Below are positions 12,091 to 27,439 of a stretch of 64,000 bases of DNA, piece after piece; within the stretch, counting starts at the first letter, position 1; the number at the start of each line of letters is the position of its first letter. The DNA comes from Octopus sinensis (taxonomy: Eukaryota), in the NCBI RefSeq assembly GCF_006345805.1, contig NC_043012.1, positions 19,902,001-19,966,000 of the forward strand, in the 5' to 3' direction. Position numbers and translations under genes: made by a program. The notes beneath the pieces are model-generated. The model was not told the DNA's origin and did no database searches. It was given only the letters and a program-made list of their open reading frames with translations.

Positions 12091-14422
12091 CTATTTAAAT
12101 ATAATATACTTAAATGCTTACTATCTCAATAAATCCTGAGAGCATATATGATAACTTTACTACGTCTTTCAGCGATGACTGTTTGTATATTCGATTCCAT
12201 AAATATATTTAGGCAACTTTTAAAATCAACGATGAATACAGGGTTGGTGTACCGGTAAAATCTTAAACTGTAGTCAGAGCAACTGACTGAAATGATACCA
12301 CATATCTATTTCCGTATCTTAAGGCATATCCTGATTATGATACGTTCTAAGCTTTTAGTATTATGGTATCTCTCAAAGGCTATCCTCATTCCTACCAAGA
12401 ATATGAACTAGTGATTTTTCTTAATATCAAGCGTCCATATAAAGCGCCTTGTTTGCAGCTTCAAAAGCACGAAAAGTCAACTTAAGGAAATGTTTTTTTT
12501 TTTGTGGAATAAGCTTGGGTTGACAATGACATATATCATACACTTAAAATATAGAGAAGCAGTTGGATACACAAAAATGCACAGACAAACAAGCATACAC
12601 ACGCATACACGCGAACACACACACACATACACGCGAACACACACACGCATTCATGTCTGTCTACGTCTGATGTAATACGGACCAAAGGAATTGTGTGCTT
12701 GAGTGTGAGAGAGAGAGAGGGGGGGAGAATGAGAAATAGACAAACGCACACATGCAGCGAGAGTCAGAGAGATAGAAATAAGGAGAATGTCTTTCGTGTG
12801 GGTGAGTGTGTATGTATATGTTTGTACGGATGCATGTGTGTGTAAGTACGCGTGTGTGTGTGTTGTGTGTGTGTGTGTGTGCGTGCGTGTATTTAAATCT
12901 CGGGAAAAGGATATAAATAGAAAAAGCATAAAGACTTCAAAGAAACCTTTTTTTCGATACCAGTTCTGCGTCGAATTACAAGTAATCCAACCTTAATACC
13001 TCGGATAAACTTGCTACCATTTTGAATTTGATTACGTTTACATATATATTTATTGCATTATGAACTTTCACGGTTTTGTAAACAAAACTGTAACCGCTTT
13101 CTTATTTCATTTGCAACATTTTTCTTGCAGGGGGAGCAAGTTTCTTGTCTATTACTTTCCTGAAAATTATGTTGTTCAGTAAAGTTTCCATTATTTTCAA
13201 TCTCGTTTCTCATCAATGCCATCCTCGTTATTAATATAATCCTAATATATTTTGTCTTCAACTATTGAAATATATAATATCATGCTGGATTTGCAATACC
13301 CCTGACGTTTAATTGACATTAATCTAAATCTGTTTCAGACTATGTGAAACATGGTTCTAAGTCAACAACTAATTCTCAATTTATTCAAAGTTTGCGTGCG
13401 TTTTCATTAGATAATGAAAGGTGTTCATTAGTTTATCTTGCGATTGTAAATTGACTGTCTAATAATTCGCTTACATTCAGTTTGATGCTATGCGTATAAG
13501 TAATAAAGGATAACAGTCACATGAAAGTTGTCTCCATGTGTGCCGTGCGCTTTCAGTGTCAAAACTTTTACGCTCTCCATACATGTTGCATCAATTACAC
13601 ATTATCATCTAAAACCATAACTAACAAGAACACCACGAATGAAGCAACTGAATGTGAATTTGCTTCTTTGAGGCATTCAAAGAAATGTATCTTCGAATTG
13701 TTCTGGCTTGTTTCTTGTATAACTAAATATTTCATATTCAACTTGTTATAATCATCTCCTTGTCCACTATGTATAGTTCTACCTATTGAAGACTACTTGT
13801 TCATTAATAGCGATGCGGAATAAGGTCGACATTAGCTGGGTTCATTTCGGATAAGCAATTCATCTTAAAGGGCAAAAAAGGAATTGCTCCTTTCGCTTCA
13901 CAGATTTATATACGGTCATGGATTCTTGTAGAGATAATATGCCATTCGTAGTGCGAGAGATATATTCTGGTGGATTGCAGCTTTCATAGTACGAACCCCG
14001 CTTTTGATACGCTGACATCTGTAACGGAGATAGGAAGCACTTCAATTGCAGAAAATACTGAGGAGAATCACCAAAGTATATACGCAATATTACTTGTCGT
14101 CATTCAGCGATCTGCTACGTCAAAGTACACAGGGTTGGTTTTCCTGATAAAAAGAAATATAGGAAAGGCTAAGATATAGCATCAATGAAAATAGAAGAAC
14201 CTTGAAGTTGCTTGCAATTTTCGTTGAATATGGCGTTGTTACAAAGGTCCTGTAATATACATGGACAGCCTCTTTACAGAATCTTATTTCTGGAGGGCAA
14301 GCATTGTACGTGAATGCATATTTGTAGGTATCTCTGCACTCACGCTCACACACACACACACACGCGCGCACACGCTCACACACAAGGGCACACACACACA
14401 CACCCACACACATATATATATA

Positions 14423-14453
<31 letters not shown>

Positions 14454-15475
14454 CTGAAAGAGAGGGAAGAGACAAATATATTCAAGTAAATAGATGGATA
14501 GATACATACATACGCGCACACACTCACACGCATACAGAGATACACACAAGTGTGTGTGTATGTGTATAGATGTAACAGAACAGACACGTAGTCAGATAGA
14601 GACAGACACACAGAGAGTGAAGGGGAAGAGCAGGGATGTTCTCCAAAGTGGAAACAACGCAGAAATTATTTACAACATAAAACCGTAATATAGGGTATAA
14701 TTTTAAGATAATCTATTTTGTGAAGACTTGGCAAGGCTAGAGTCTGATGTGGATATTGATTGAGGAGTAAATATCAATAGACGTGATTACATTTAGATTT
14801 TTCTTTTACTTTTAGCTGAGAATTTCTTGAATTCCTTGGCAGGAATTTGATACTACAAATAATATCGCCGAGACAATTATCAAGGGAAAAAAAAGTAGGT
14901 GCTACCATTTATTTACCCAAAATATCTGAGATTATCGTTGGTTTCGCTGAAAACCTTCGTTTGATTCTAGAATTTCTAACTTCATTCCGGTTGATATAAA
15001 TGAGATATTAATGCAACAAAGGATATTGATATGCTTGGAAAAATTGCAGCTGATAAAATTTAGCAAACAATACAAAATTAGATCAGAAGAAAGTTTAGTG
15101 TATAATTTCAGTACTCTTTATCAGTTATGATATATGATATCGGTGACGTGGAAGATGATAATAGTAATCATTCTATTAGATGGTGTTGGTGATTGTAGTG
15201 TTGGTGATGTTGTTACCATATTAGTTCGCGATGTCGACCGTAGCGCTGGCGATGATGATAATGATGTTGAGAGGAAGATGGATTTGAATGTAGAGATGGT
15301 GGTGGAGGTGAAGGTGGAGCTAGATGGGGGGGTTCGTAGGGTGGAGGGGAAGAAGGATGAGGAAGCGTGCGCGAGAATTGACTGTGGTGCTGGCAATACT
15401 GGCTGGTCGCAGTGCTCGTGCGTGTGGTTGGTGATGGAACAAACGTTGGTGCCGATGACCACAAAGATAATAAAA

Positions 15476-15477
<2 letters not shown>

Positions 15478-15527
<50 letters not shown>

Positions 15528-15546
15528 CAATATTAATAATAATATT

Positions 15547-15580
<34 letters not shown>

Positions 15581-15582
15581 TG

Positions 15583-15623
<41 letters not shown>

Positions 15624-15630
15624 TAATAAA
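15478..15630. repeat. (AAT)n microsatellite
   Basis: Seen directly in the sequence. Confidence 0.95.
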
Positions 15631-16090
15631 TTGGAGTGAGAAAAATCATAATAGAAATGATAATAATGGCAGTATTAATAATATCAATAATAATTGTCAT
15701 TTTTTATGATAAATGTGGAGGAAAGTTCTGTGTACAATCATACACGAACATTGAAATCTAATATTTGTGCAATAATGTCGTTGATTTTTCTTTTGTCACC
15801 AATGTTGTTGTCGATTTTCTATTATTCTTAATATATATTTATTGTATTTCCCGGTGATAATGTTGGAATTGAGACAAGAAACAAAAAAAAAATACAATCT
15901 TGCAAAAATATTCGTTGCTTAAAACCGCAATCAATATGAGCTTCGTTTTATGGTTAACGAAAGCTAAACAAATAACAAAAGAAAAAATACACTTTTGTCT
16001 TTCATACAAACACAGCTATACAATATACACGTATATGTAAATGTATACATATGTATGTAGATATATATGTATATATATGTATATATATAC

Positions 16091-16139
<49 letters not shown>

Positions 16140-17405
16140 CATGTATATGTATATATATATATACATATGTATATGTATTTATACATTCACATACATTCAC
16201 GTGGATATATGTATTTATATATCCGTATGTATATATGTACGTAAGTATTCACACAGTCACACATACACATACGTTAATGCAATCATATACATATATAGTT
16301 TGAAGCGTGGAGCATTGATAGATTAAATGTGTCGATGACTGGTTTTTCATCAACTGTCTTGTTCCTTTTTCACTTTTGTCTTCGTTAATGGGAAAACACA
16401 TCAAACTATTTAATACTTTCCAACGTGAGACAGTTGTTATCGTCTTCATTAAGCCCCAGGTCACCAATTATCGGGCAAATCTTAGATCAAAGGCGTATTC
16501 AGACATTTTTATATCTGTCTGTACTTTCCAATATATCATAAAGTGTTAATAAGAATTGAGGGAACATTAGCTGCTTTTCCTAATATATCCACTATTCAAA
16601 CAAATTGTCACTTGTTCGTTCAGCGTGGATTAATTTTGGCCGTGGCTAGTTCAAACCAGATGTGCTCTAATTTAGAAAACCTATAAGAAAGTGCCTTCCA
16701 GTCACGGCACGGCCACCCTTCTTCTGAGGAAGTGTATCATCGACTTCATTCGGCGATTATCTAATATTTTATAACCTGTGTTTTAAGGATGACACTGTGG
16801 TTTATCGGGCATTTATGGGGCTCATCGTACGTCGAGCATCTACAGCGTAATGCTAAGATTCCATTCAAAACGGACTATTAACATGATATTACGTATTATA
16901 GATTCTTATATCTAATAGTGAAAAATAGCATGAAATTGAGTGATTGACATTATCAAAGAAACACTTTAAAATCTCTACTCTGAGTAGTTAGAAATGGGGA
17001 AAGAAAACGGGCAAATATGTACCTTCAACTACACATTGGAAGTTACACATATTATAGTATAGAGATATGATGTCTGCAGGAAAAAGGCACCGAGTGATCG
17101 TCGCTCAAGTACTCTCCAGAATAGAATCTTCTACAATCTTTTTAACAAATACATCAAATTTGATAGAATATATTGATCCTGATAATGAATATATTGATAC
17201 AGAGAAGATATCTTGCTGCGTATCAGAATACGGGTGTGTGTTTTTTTTATAAATATATATTTATTTTAGATGGCTCGCTTCCGTCATTAAACTGAGAACA
17301 TGCGATCACTTTCTTACGAGAATTAGGAGATTTACCTCATACACAATTACTATGTTGTAGTAATGTTCTACTTCCGAGAGGTTCGACAAGATTTTCTATG
17401 TTCGC

Positions 17406-17406
<1 letters not shown>

Positions 17407-17484
<78 letters not shown>

Positions 17485-17597
17485 AATTTATCTATCTTTC
17501 TATCTATCTATCTATCAATCTATTTATCTATCTATCTGTCTATCTATCTGTTTGTCTGTCTGTCTGTCTAGCTAGCTAGCTATCCATCTATCTATCT
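17407..17597. repeat. (TATC)n/(TGTC)n microsatellite
   Basis: Seen directly in the sequence. Confidence 0.95.
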
Positions 17598-17786
17598 GTA
17601 GCAACTAAATATATGGAAATTGGATGTTTTACAAAGCACCTGAAAATCAATATGAATCAAGTGGAAATAGCCTTGAAAAATCGAGACGTCGAAGCCAGAT
17701 ATAATTGTGAATATTTGCCCGAATATTTTTTCATGAATTTCAATGGACCCGTTTGAAGCATCTTGAAACGTAAATCCTTTAAAATA

Positions 17787-18961
17787 TTGGGTTGGCAGCT
17801 AAGTTCCCGCTGTTTTATTAAATTAAATTTTTGGAAATGTTTAATAAAAAATAACAACTAATTAATCAATAATGTATTCTTCCTTGTTGTTTACAACTTC
17901 TTCCCAACGTTCAACAAGATTTTCAATACCTCGTTGGTAAAAATTACCCGGTTTCGACTCGAAAATTTGATCCAACCAAGCTCTCAATTCTGCATCATTA
18001 TGAAACGAAACTCCGCGCTTAGGCATTTGAAAGAGGTGGAATCCGTTGGTGCCAAATCAGGAGAGTACGGTGAGTGTGGGATCACTCTCCAGCCATGCGT
18101 TTGAGTGACTTCCTTGGTCATATTGGCGATGTGAGAGCGGGCGTTGTTGTGCATCAAAAGAAACTCCGTGTTGTCGATTACGACTTTTCTCTTGAGTAGC
18201 CGTTGTAAGTTGTTCCATCTGTTAAACATAGAGTTGCGAGTCGACCTTTTAGTTCCGTTCAAGCAATTTGTAATGGATAATCCCTTCCCAGTCACACCAT
18301 AGCACAACATCGCTTTACTCGGATGAAGTTCTTGTTTCACGCTGCATCATATTGATATACAGGCACCAGCTTTTGTCACCTGGGTAGTGACGAGCAAGCA
18401 AACCAGCGGAGATTGTGGCTCGTTAATTTTAGTTGTTGCCACTTATTGCATGCGGAACACATGTTCCATACTTCTGAACCTTATCCATCGAGTGAAGATG
18501 TTTCTCTATAGCAGTGTGGGAGCATTCCATTTTCTGTGCCAGTTCCCTTGTGGTTTGACGAGAATTTTAGTGCAAACGTTGGTTTAATTGCTCTTCATCG
18601 AACTCAACTGGAGGGCCAGAACTTTGTTGCGGCTTTGAGGTCAAAATTTCTATTTTTGAACTTTCAGCTATGGCACCCTCTCCATACGCAGCACAAATGT
18701 CGTGATCAGATTTTATGGCCTTAGAACATTGATTGAAAGCAAACAGTCGGACTGTCGAAAATGCTCATTTTTCTTAACTTGACATTCCATTCTAACGATC
18801 TGAAAATAAACAAAAAATAACTAAAATTAACTCGAAAAAAAAAATTATTCCAAAATGATTCAAAAATAGAATTCTGGAAAAAAATAGATTCCAAAATTTA
18901 AAACGCAATAATTTTCAAAATTTAAGAAAAAAAGAGGCCGGGAACAGAGTTGCCAACCCAT
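17787..18961 (-). mobile_element. Decayed mariner DNA transposon with TIRs and TA TSD
   Basis: TA|TTGGGTTGGCAGCTAAGTTCCCG ... CGGGAACAGAGTTGCCAACCCAT|TA. Transposase remnants MECQVKKNEHFR, MHNNARSH (HDNARPH) and PHSPYSPDLAPTD. Multiple frameshifts. Confidence 0.9.
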
Positions 18962-19149
18962 TATGTTTATCCACCTTCTCTCATTCAATCACATGTATCT
19001 TACTTTCTCCCTCTTCAGGTGCACACACACACACATACACACACTGGAAATACCTTTGATTCATAACTTTTTGATTGTGTCTCAAATTTCTTTCTTTATG
19101 GGGCAGAATGTGCCTACCTTCATTCGTCTTCTACATTTACTTTCAATGG

Positions 19150-19310
19150 AATGCGGCCATGCAGCAGCACCGTCTTTCGATCGAGTTAATCGACTTCAAT
19201 ATTCAGGATTTTAAAACCTGGCACTTACTTTACCTTGCTCTATTGCCGAATCATTACGTTAGAGGGACTTAAACAAACCAGCACCGATTGTCAATCGATG
19301 GTGGCGGTCA
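19150..19310 (-). mobile_element. SINE family A, diverged 3' fragment
   Basis: tgcggccatgcagcagcaccg...aaaccagcaccgattgtcaatcgatg matches the family A 3' half. Confidence 0.6.
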
Positions 19311-19586
19311 AATATATTCCTACATACACTGGATGAAAATATTATGGCATTATCTCCAACTAATGAAATGTGGAAAAATATCTCTGCCTCCAATACTCTA
19401 GTATGCAAAATATGTCCCAGATTGCTGCTATAACCGAATAGAGAATGTTAGTGTGAGGTGTTATGACTAAAAGAAAGAGGAATAACAGTGTGGCCTGATG
19501 AAGTTTTGTAAGCCACGCCTCCATTCAGGATGATCACATAATGAAGTAGGTCCTTCCATGGAGACATATATGTGTGTTTATGTTTA

Positions 19587-19622
<36 letters not shown>

Positions 19623-20269
19623 GTGCATGTGTGAGAGAAAGAGGGATTCTGAGTTTGTGGGTGCGTGTGTGTTTTTGTGAGTTTCCGTTTGTGTGATTTA
19701 TAAAACTACACACAAAAGAGGAAAACGTCATAATAAAATGGCTACGAAAGAATGGAACACCAAAATTCCTGACCATATCCAATATAATAATAATAATAAC
19801 AACGAAAATGAAAAGAGGTAAAGAGTTCATGTTGATATTCATATGTTCTCTGGTTCAAAGTCTTCCCTTTTGTATGACTCTGGTCTTAGTATGTTCATGA
19901 ACAAGTTCTAGACGTAGAGTTTACCAGGCCGTCTGTCATAAGCCGCTGTAGTCACACAAGCACACACCTACAAGCACATAAATACACGCACACAGGTACG
20001 TCTACGCATGTATGGATATATGCGTAGACGGAGACGCAGTCAGAGACCTATATGTAGATAAAGTCACAGTCATAACCTCTCATTCATGTGCTTATCAACG
20101 CTGTCTCAGTCACACAGCCATATAGAGGGGCAGATGCATGTGTATAGACAATGGCCGTATTCGGATATAACGCATTGTTCATCATTTAATTAGTGCAATA
20201 ATTATAGTGTTCAGTTCCACCGAATCAAGCTGACAAAACACCGAAGTTTATCGTATTTCATTAGTGTTA

Positions 20270-20930
20270 AATTTGCCGCTTGTATAATTGCGGAAAGTGC
20301 GATAATTCCTGTGTGCAAAACATCCCTAATTCATTTAGTTCATCGGGTAATTGATTATTGTTATCTAAGAAAAATTCCAAGCTATTTTCCATGCGGACAA
20401 GCGAAGACGTACTCTCTTCACCCTGTAGGTAGTAGAGACCATTTGAAACAATAGTTAGTCTTACTATCATATGCAAGATGGATACGCGTATTCCACTAGC
20501 GAAGTTTTCAAAAAAAAAAATTGTTCTAGTAAACACGTCAATTCATTGCGATAGTCACGTGATTCGTTGTCGTCCCTATGTGCCTGGAGCATGCATTTAT
20601 ACACTACGTTGGTTTGTACGCAGTGCTCATCCCGAGATAATTCTGCAGGCGTTCTATAGTTTATATGTCGAGGTTGAGATTCCGCTGGTACAGCAGTTCG
20701 GTAGAAGTATATCATGGTTGGAGGCTCCAGAATTATTCTCGATGGTGGTGTTCCTGATAGTTCCTCTACCTTTCTGGCAATTTCCAGAATCAAGGTCATT
20801 ATAGCAGCATTCATTAGAGCTAGCTTTATTGTGGTTCGGAATGGATGTATTTCCGCAGGTTAGCTTTCCAGTGACTTGATTATAAAAACACGTAAACTTG
20901 CGTCGAGGAATTGAGTGTGGCACAATTTAC
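20270..20930 (-). pseudogene. Penelope-like (Neptune-type) ORF remnant: linker plus GIY-YIG
   Basis: Fragments FYNQVTGKLT..SIPNHNK, EHCVQTNVVYKC and LNELGMFCTQ resemble PLE FNRNTxKLSYS..HN, CLxxNVVYK and C-terminal LNxRxELxxxCxH. Confidence 0.55.
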
Positions 20931-21774
20931 AGATATTTTGATAACATATCGCAATATCTAGGATAGTTTGTAACATATATGTGTGTGTGTAAATATATAG
21001 TCATATATATCTATATACAGAGAGAGAGGCGCACTCACATATATGTCAGATTTTACTCAAATACAAGGCATTAATATTAGTATCATGAATGATTATTCGT
21101 ATTAGTGTGGTGTTTATGTAGAGTCATTACTATGAAACTTAATGAAAAATATGACAAACGGTGAAAATCTTATCAAATAATTTATTAAGTTAATGCTTCA
21201 ATGGAAAGAGAGCGAGTCATAATATACCAGACTTTAGTTCTAGTTGTGAAGAAAGAGAATTTCATAGATGGATTTGAGAAAAGTATATATTCAGACATGG
21301 AAAGAGAAAAGAAAAAGGGGGCATAGTGTGGGCGTATTATGGTATGGAGTGAATTAATAAAGTGGAATCCGACGGTGTGAATATACATACTTTGGTTTGT
21401 ATCCGTGTAATGAAGCAGGCAGAAATTGGCATTTGTTTGTTTATTGTGGTAGGAGTTGGCTGGTATTTAAGTAGAAGTTTGAAAGTGTACAATTATATTG
21501 ACATAGATTAAAGATGCACTTTCATACGATTTTTGTAGGGCTTTGCTTTTTTTTTTGCTTTTTCTTTGCATTGTTATTATTATCCGGTGGAGTGGCAGAA
21601 CTGCAAAAGCATTGGATGCACTGCTTAACGTCCATTCTTTCGACTCTTCTAAGTTATAAGTTCTAAACACGCTGAAATTTATTTTGCCTTTTCACCGTTT
21701 CGCAATCGCTAAATCTTATTACCTATCAAACACTGGTGTGGGTATAAGCGACTAAGCTCCTACGTAAAATTGTT

Positions 21775-21970
21775 GAGCTGGCACAATCGTGAGGACGCCG
21801 GGTAACATGCTTAGCAGCATTGTGTCCATCTTTGGTGCTGAGTTCATATTCCGCCGAGGTCGATTTTGCATTTTATCCTTTCTGGGTCGATAAGATAAGT
21901 AGTAATTGAGTCGATATAATCGATCTACCCCACCATCGAAATTATTGGTATTGTGCCAAAATTTGAATCC
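21775..21970 (+). mobile_element. SINE family B, diverged
   Basis: gagctggcac..tgagttcatattccgccgaggtcga..ggtcgataa matches the copies at 44541 and 47066. Confidence 0.7.
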
Positions 21971-21974
21971 ATGA

Positions 21975-21993
21975 TAATTATTATTATTGTTGC

Positions 21994-22086
<93 letters not shown>

Positions 22087-22094
22087 CATTTTAC

Positions 22095-22158
<64 letters not shown>

Positions 22159-22228
22159 GTTGTTGTTTTTGTGGTTGTTTTTGTTGCTATTATTATTATC
22201 ATTATCATTATCATCATCATCATCATCC
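21975..22228. repeat. (TAT)n/(TGT)n/(CAT)n compound microsatellite
   Basis: Seen directly in the sequence. Confidence 0.95.
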
Positions 22229-22237
22229 TCATCAAAA

Positions 22238-22390
22238 CGGTGAGCAGGCAGAATTTTTAGCACGCTGATCTGTATGTAATCCGTTGCTACGTTCTGAGTT
22301 CAAATTCCGTTGAGGTCGACTTTGCCTTACCCCTTTTGGGGTCGATAAACAATGTACCAGTTGAACAAGTAGGTCCATGTAACTGACTTG
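22238..22390 (+). mobile_element. SINE family B, partial
   Basis: ctacgttctgagttcaaattccgttgaggtcgactttgcc..ggggtcgataaa. Confidence 0.7.
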
Positions 22391-22974
22391 CTCTATAGTA
22401 GAAAGGATTATTATTATTATTATGATCATAAATCTGTTAGAAAAATAGTGATTTTCTCGGATTTTTTAACTGTTTGTTTCACTGATTCTGCCGCTTTCTT
22501 GCTAGTACATGCTTCAATGGATGGTGAAGTTATGAAGCACATAACTGAACTTGTTGCATTTTATCATGGTAGAACTGATCGAGTTTAGAATATAGTAAGC
22601 ATGTTGTATTGACAAATATAGAAGATGCTGACATTTGTAACATCATCTGCGTGATAATAACGAATGCTGATGAATATAGGTATATAACGTTTGTATACAC
22701 ACCCGCTTTAATATGCTGATATCGTATTGAGAAAACTAAGATTATTAGACAGCAAGCATACTGGATTACTACTTTGAAAGGGGTGTAGTCCAACAAATCG
22801 ACTAGGTTACAGGGCCGTAAACAAACCAACATTGTTATGTAGAGGTGTTGGCAAAACCACAAACACACACAATGCATAGCTATGTACCTATATAAATATA
22901 TATAATTTTATGTATATATATATATATATATGTATATACACACACATATATATACATATAAAATTATATATATT

Positions 22975-23312
22975 TGCTTACGAACCACATTGTTCCGTGT
23001 TCAATCCCACTGCATGGCACCTTGGGCAAGTGTCTTCTACTCTAGCCTCGGGCCGACCAAAGACTTGTGAGTGGATTTGGTAGACGGAAACTGGAAGAAG
23101 CCCGTCGTATATATGTATATATATGTATGTGTGTATATGTTTGTGTGTCTGTGTTTGCCCCCCCCCCCATCATCGCTTGACAACCGAAGCGACCGATAGA
23201 ATAAGTACTAGGCTTACAAAGAATAAGACCTGGGATCGATTTACTCGACTAGAAGTCGGTGCTCCTGCATGGCCGCAGTCAAATGACTGAAACAAATAAA
23301 AGAGAGAAAAAA
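22975..23312 (+). mobile_element. SINE family A, 5'-clipped
   Basis: ggcaccttgggcaagtgtcttctac..ggatttggtagacggaaact..ggccgcagtcaaatgactgaaac. A partial minus-strand head follows at ~23411-23525. Confidence 0.85.
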
Positions 23313-23351
23313 AGATATACATAGCTCTATATAGATATATATATATATATG

Positions 23352-23407
<56 letters not shown>

Positions 23408-23815
23408 TATCAAGGCCTTGGTCGGCCTGAGCATATGGTAGAAGGCATTTATCTCAGGTTCCACGGTGTGGAATTGAACCTAGAACCATGTGTTTGGGAA
23501 ACAAACTTCTTACCACACGGCCACATTCACGGCTTTAGGAGATATATATTTACATGATGTACAATACATAATTTAACGTTCCACAAAATTCCATATAATT
23601 TCTTTATATCGCATGCAAAGACAAACTTAGTTTAAGCCATTCAATATCTTTTAATATCAGTAAATCTTTAATAATTTCTGCGAGGCAATACGATTGTTAG
23701 GCTGCATATTCGTGCATTACAATTTACTCTAATGTAAATGCAATATTTCATAAACTACAATCCATTGAGTGATTGTTTCACACAATACACACAATCGCAC
23801 AACACACACATACAC

Positions 23816-23861
<46 letters not shown>

Positions 23862-23866
23862 GTACT

Positions 23867-23944
<78 letters not shown>

Positions 23945-24713
23945 TCTTTGTGTATGGATGTCTGGTATGTATGTGTATGAAATTGATGCAGGTCAAGATT
24001 AAATGCAGCTTACATGCAAGCATTCCAATATAGTAACTTGTAATTTGGATGAACTCTATTCTAGACTTTCCTGCTGATAACTTCTAATTAATTTTCAACA
24101 TTATCAGTTACGCCGATAATTTATAAAGTTAACGTCCGGTTATCTAAAATGCCGAAAGCGATCAATCATCTAACAATTGCCACAGGCGCAATAAATACCG
24201 AACAAATTAAATACATAATAGGCAACACAATAAAACGTCTAAGAATCTAATGCATTACAAATCACCCCAGAGTTGTAAGTGAGATATCGCTAGTCATGAT
24301 ATAATCTCAACATATAAATGTTTATTTAAAGTTTTCGTGCAAGTCAGAACAATGACATTAATCATGTCTTGCAGTCAATGCTGCAAACGGCAAGAAAGGA
24401 AAGTTTCTGCTGAATACTATAGAATACATTTCAGAAAACGGAATGAAATTTCGCAGGAAAATGTTTAAATTGGTAATAGTGTATCCAATAACGATATAAA
24501 TGCAGGAATTTCTAAAGACATACGAGCGAGAAACTTTATGATAAATAGCTCGTTTTCATGATATACCCTAAACTATATTTGAAACATCCGAAACGGTATC
24601 TTTCTTTTTCTGGCAAATGCACTGGCTTACTCGTTATTTTAGCTATTATGTCTATATCGCTACAGACACACATTTTCTTTCTCTCTCTCTCTTTCTCTCT
24701 CTCTATCTATCTA

Positions 24714-24745
<32 letters not shown>

Positions 24746-25109
24746 TATTTGCATATATGTGTTTGTCTTCATACAGACATACATACAGCTGATTCGAAAA
24801 CTATGGATCCAACCTATCACTGGAATTGTAAAAATCTGTAAAACTTCTCAGAGGTTTAGTATTTAAGTATATATGAGCATGTCTAGATATGCAAGCATGA
24901 GATTACACACATAAATCAAATCTGCACATATACATAGGTGCTTACAAATATATTCTGTTGTTGAAATTCCCATGAATGAGCCTGGTATCTCGCTTAGAAA
25001 CCAGCACTTTCTCCATTGGAAAGAATTCATGAAATACAACTCAATAATCACATACACACACAGGCACACAGACACACACACACATACACAGACGCACACA
25101 CACACATAC

Positions 25110-25164
<55 letters not shown>

Positions 25165-25511
25165 ATATACATACATACATACATACATATATATATATAT
25201 ATAAATATTTAATTGAAAGCTGATTTTGTGCAATCGTATTTAGTGCCATGAACTTGACATTGCTACTTACAATTATAATTGTACACTAAATAAATTGCCA
25301 TTAAACTCAACGATCAGGTCTGGACGAGGGAGGTAGGTAGGTGAGACAATTCTAAAATTTTAATTGAAAATAAATATGTAGTCCTACACGGGGTATGTTT
25401 GATCTTAGTTGTAAAACACTAACTTGGGACAGGTACTTACTTTCTGCAACTGACTCAGACGACGCTGATTTTCCGTAATATTTAGAGACAGTTATCTTGT
25501 GTATATATATA

Positions 25512-25589
<78 letters not shown>

Positions 25590-25590
25590 A

Positions 25591-25622
<32 letters not shown>

Positions 25623-25861
25623 ATCAAAATAAGCAACAAGAATATCTTGTTTTCGTTTCTCGTTGAGTTCTACGTCTAGTTGTGGTATCTTGTACGTATA
25701 TATATTTATATATGCATGTATATATACATGTAGATGTAGGTACGTACATATCTGTTTGTATGTATGCATATATTTTATTTATTACACTATTGTTTGACAG
25801 CGCCTTCGCGTCGGGTTCGCTTCGCTTCGTTCGCTTCGTTCCGTTCTTATTCTCCCAGTAC

Positions 25862-25923
<62 letters not shown>

Positions 25924-26949
25924 TGTGGTTAGCAATATGAAGATAAATATAAATTTGTTAAGGGACGACACACTTACAAAATTGAAAATGTCTTCAGCTG
26001 AAACGTATCTCGCGTGTGTCACTCTATTGTGCGACCGAAATAGCATTGAAATGGCAAATTAGTCAAAAATACGGGACTGAATTTGGGTTAGAACATCATT
26101 AATGATAGCATATATTGAACAAAATCTAATATCTTCTCTTTAAAGCTGTTCTTTAAATCCGAATTGTCAGAATTTTATATTGATATAGAAAACAATATAT
26201 GAACGTGATTGTCTTTCTTCATTTAATAAGGTGAACTGACACAAATAGACTATAAATATAAAGTGAACTATATTAGTTTTTCGACCTGATTCGGAATATA
26301 TGTCCAAAGAGATGCATTTTTTCATGAAACAATATCATTTCTGATTCGCCAAATGAATACAGATGTATCAAACGTATGCGGAAAATTACATTGAGATACC
26401 ACTATATTTCAATACTGGAATATGTAATTATTAATCTGTCGGAAATGTCAGAAATGGAATAATATATTGTAGTAGAAATTGCTCCTAATTGTGCATTACT
26501 ATAGCTGTATTCACGATGTAACTCGGTGGTTGAGGCTTGGTATTCATTTTACTTGAATTTCCCAGTAAATACAAGTGCATAAATAGGGTTGATTGCGAGT
26601 TGAACAAATCAATAAAATGTTGCTTTTAATATAATGTCCATATAATTATAATTCATGTTTCATTACTCAAATCAGTTGCTCGAAATAATAAATTTAATAT
26701 ATATTTCAAATGTTTATTTATGCTAATAATAACTGGCTATATATCATACGCATCCGTGACTTGGAATGCGCATAAAAATCATTGATATTTCAAAATTATA
26801 CATCACAAAATTATAAATCACGAACTTATGAAAACATTGCCTGAAATGATAGCATTTGATAATATGGAGCATCATATGAATTCCCTAGTTTCCAGCTTGT
26901 TTTGAGTATTTTAAACTTTATTTACAATGTTAATTTTCTTTCAATTTGG

Positions 26950-27290
26950 CAAGAAACACGCATGAACAAAAACATCAGAATTTATTTTCATTTCGTTACT
27001 ATGTAAGCTTAAACTCTTAGTGTTTCCGGGTAAATTCATGCTCCAAAACAGAAGAACAATTTAAACGTGCTGATATATGCTTTCCCGCTTTGATTTTGAT
27101 CAAATGATGTGCGTCAACATTTAAACAACCATTTCCTGTCGTTCCTATAAATCGTCCTCCCAATATTGTTGGGTTTAATATAGAGAATATATCATTGCTT
27201 ACTGTAATAAAAAAAAATTGGAGAACAATGTATTTGATTAAAAGACAACTTTTGTAATGTTTCAACTAAATTTTGGGTTAATCCATTTGG
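26950..27290 (+). mobile_element. Very decayed Penelope-like RT-thumb remnant
   Basis: RVNSCSKTEEQFKRA and PNIVGFN..KIGEQ resemble PLE RxSxLSSxEExF and RNIIWFNPP..NIGK. Confidence 0.3.
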
Positions 27291-27439
27291 TGTTCATTGC
27301 CTGTTCTTACAGGCTGATCTGTCATTCAGTTTTTTAAATGTTCAAACATTCAGTAAATTCTATTTTTATAAATAGATCATTGGACGTACATACGATGCTC
27401 TGGTGCCTTACTTTACAATTACTTACCTTCCTTTGCCTA

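Noticed and set aside
13058-13261. 67-aa non-repetitive minus-strand ORF
   Set aside because: No recognisable domain and no convincing splice acceptor. The length is compatible with chance.
15134-15709. 191-aa ORF, the longest in the window
   Set aside because: GAT/GGT-rich low-complexity sequence running into (AAT)n. No domain motif or splice evidence.
19490-19530. CTGATGA motif (others at ~22667, 54781, 55114)
   Set aside because: No matching stem II plus GAAA arrangement.
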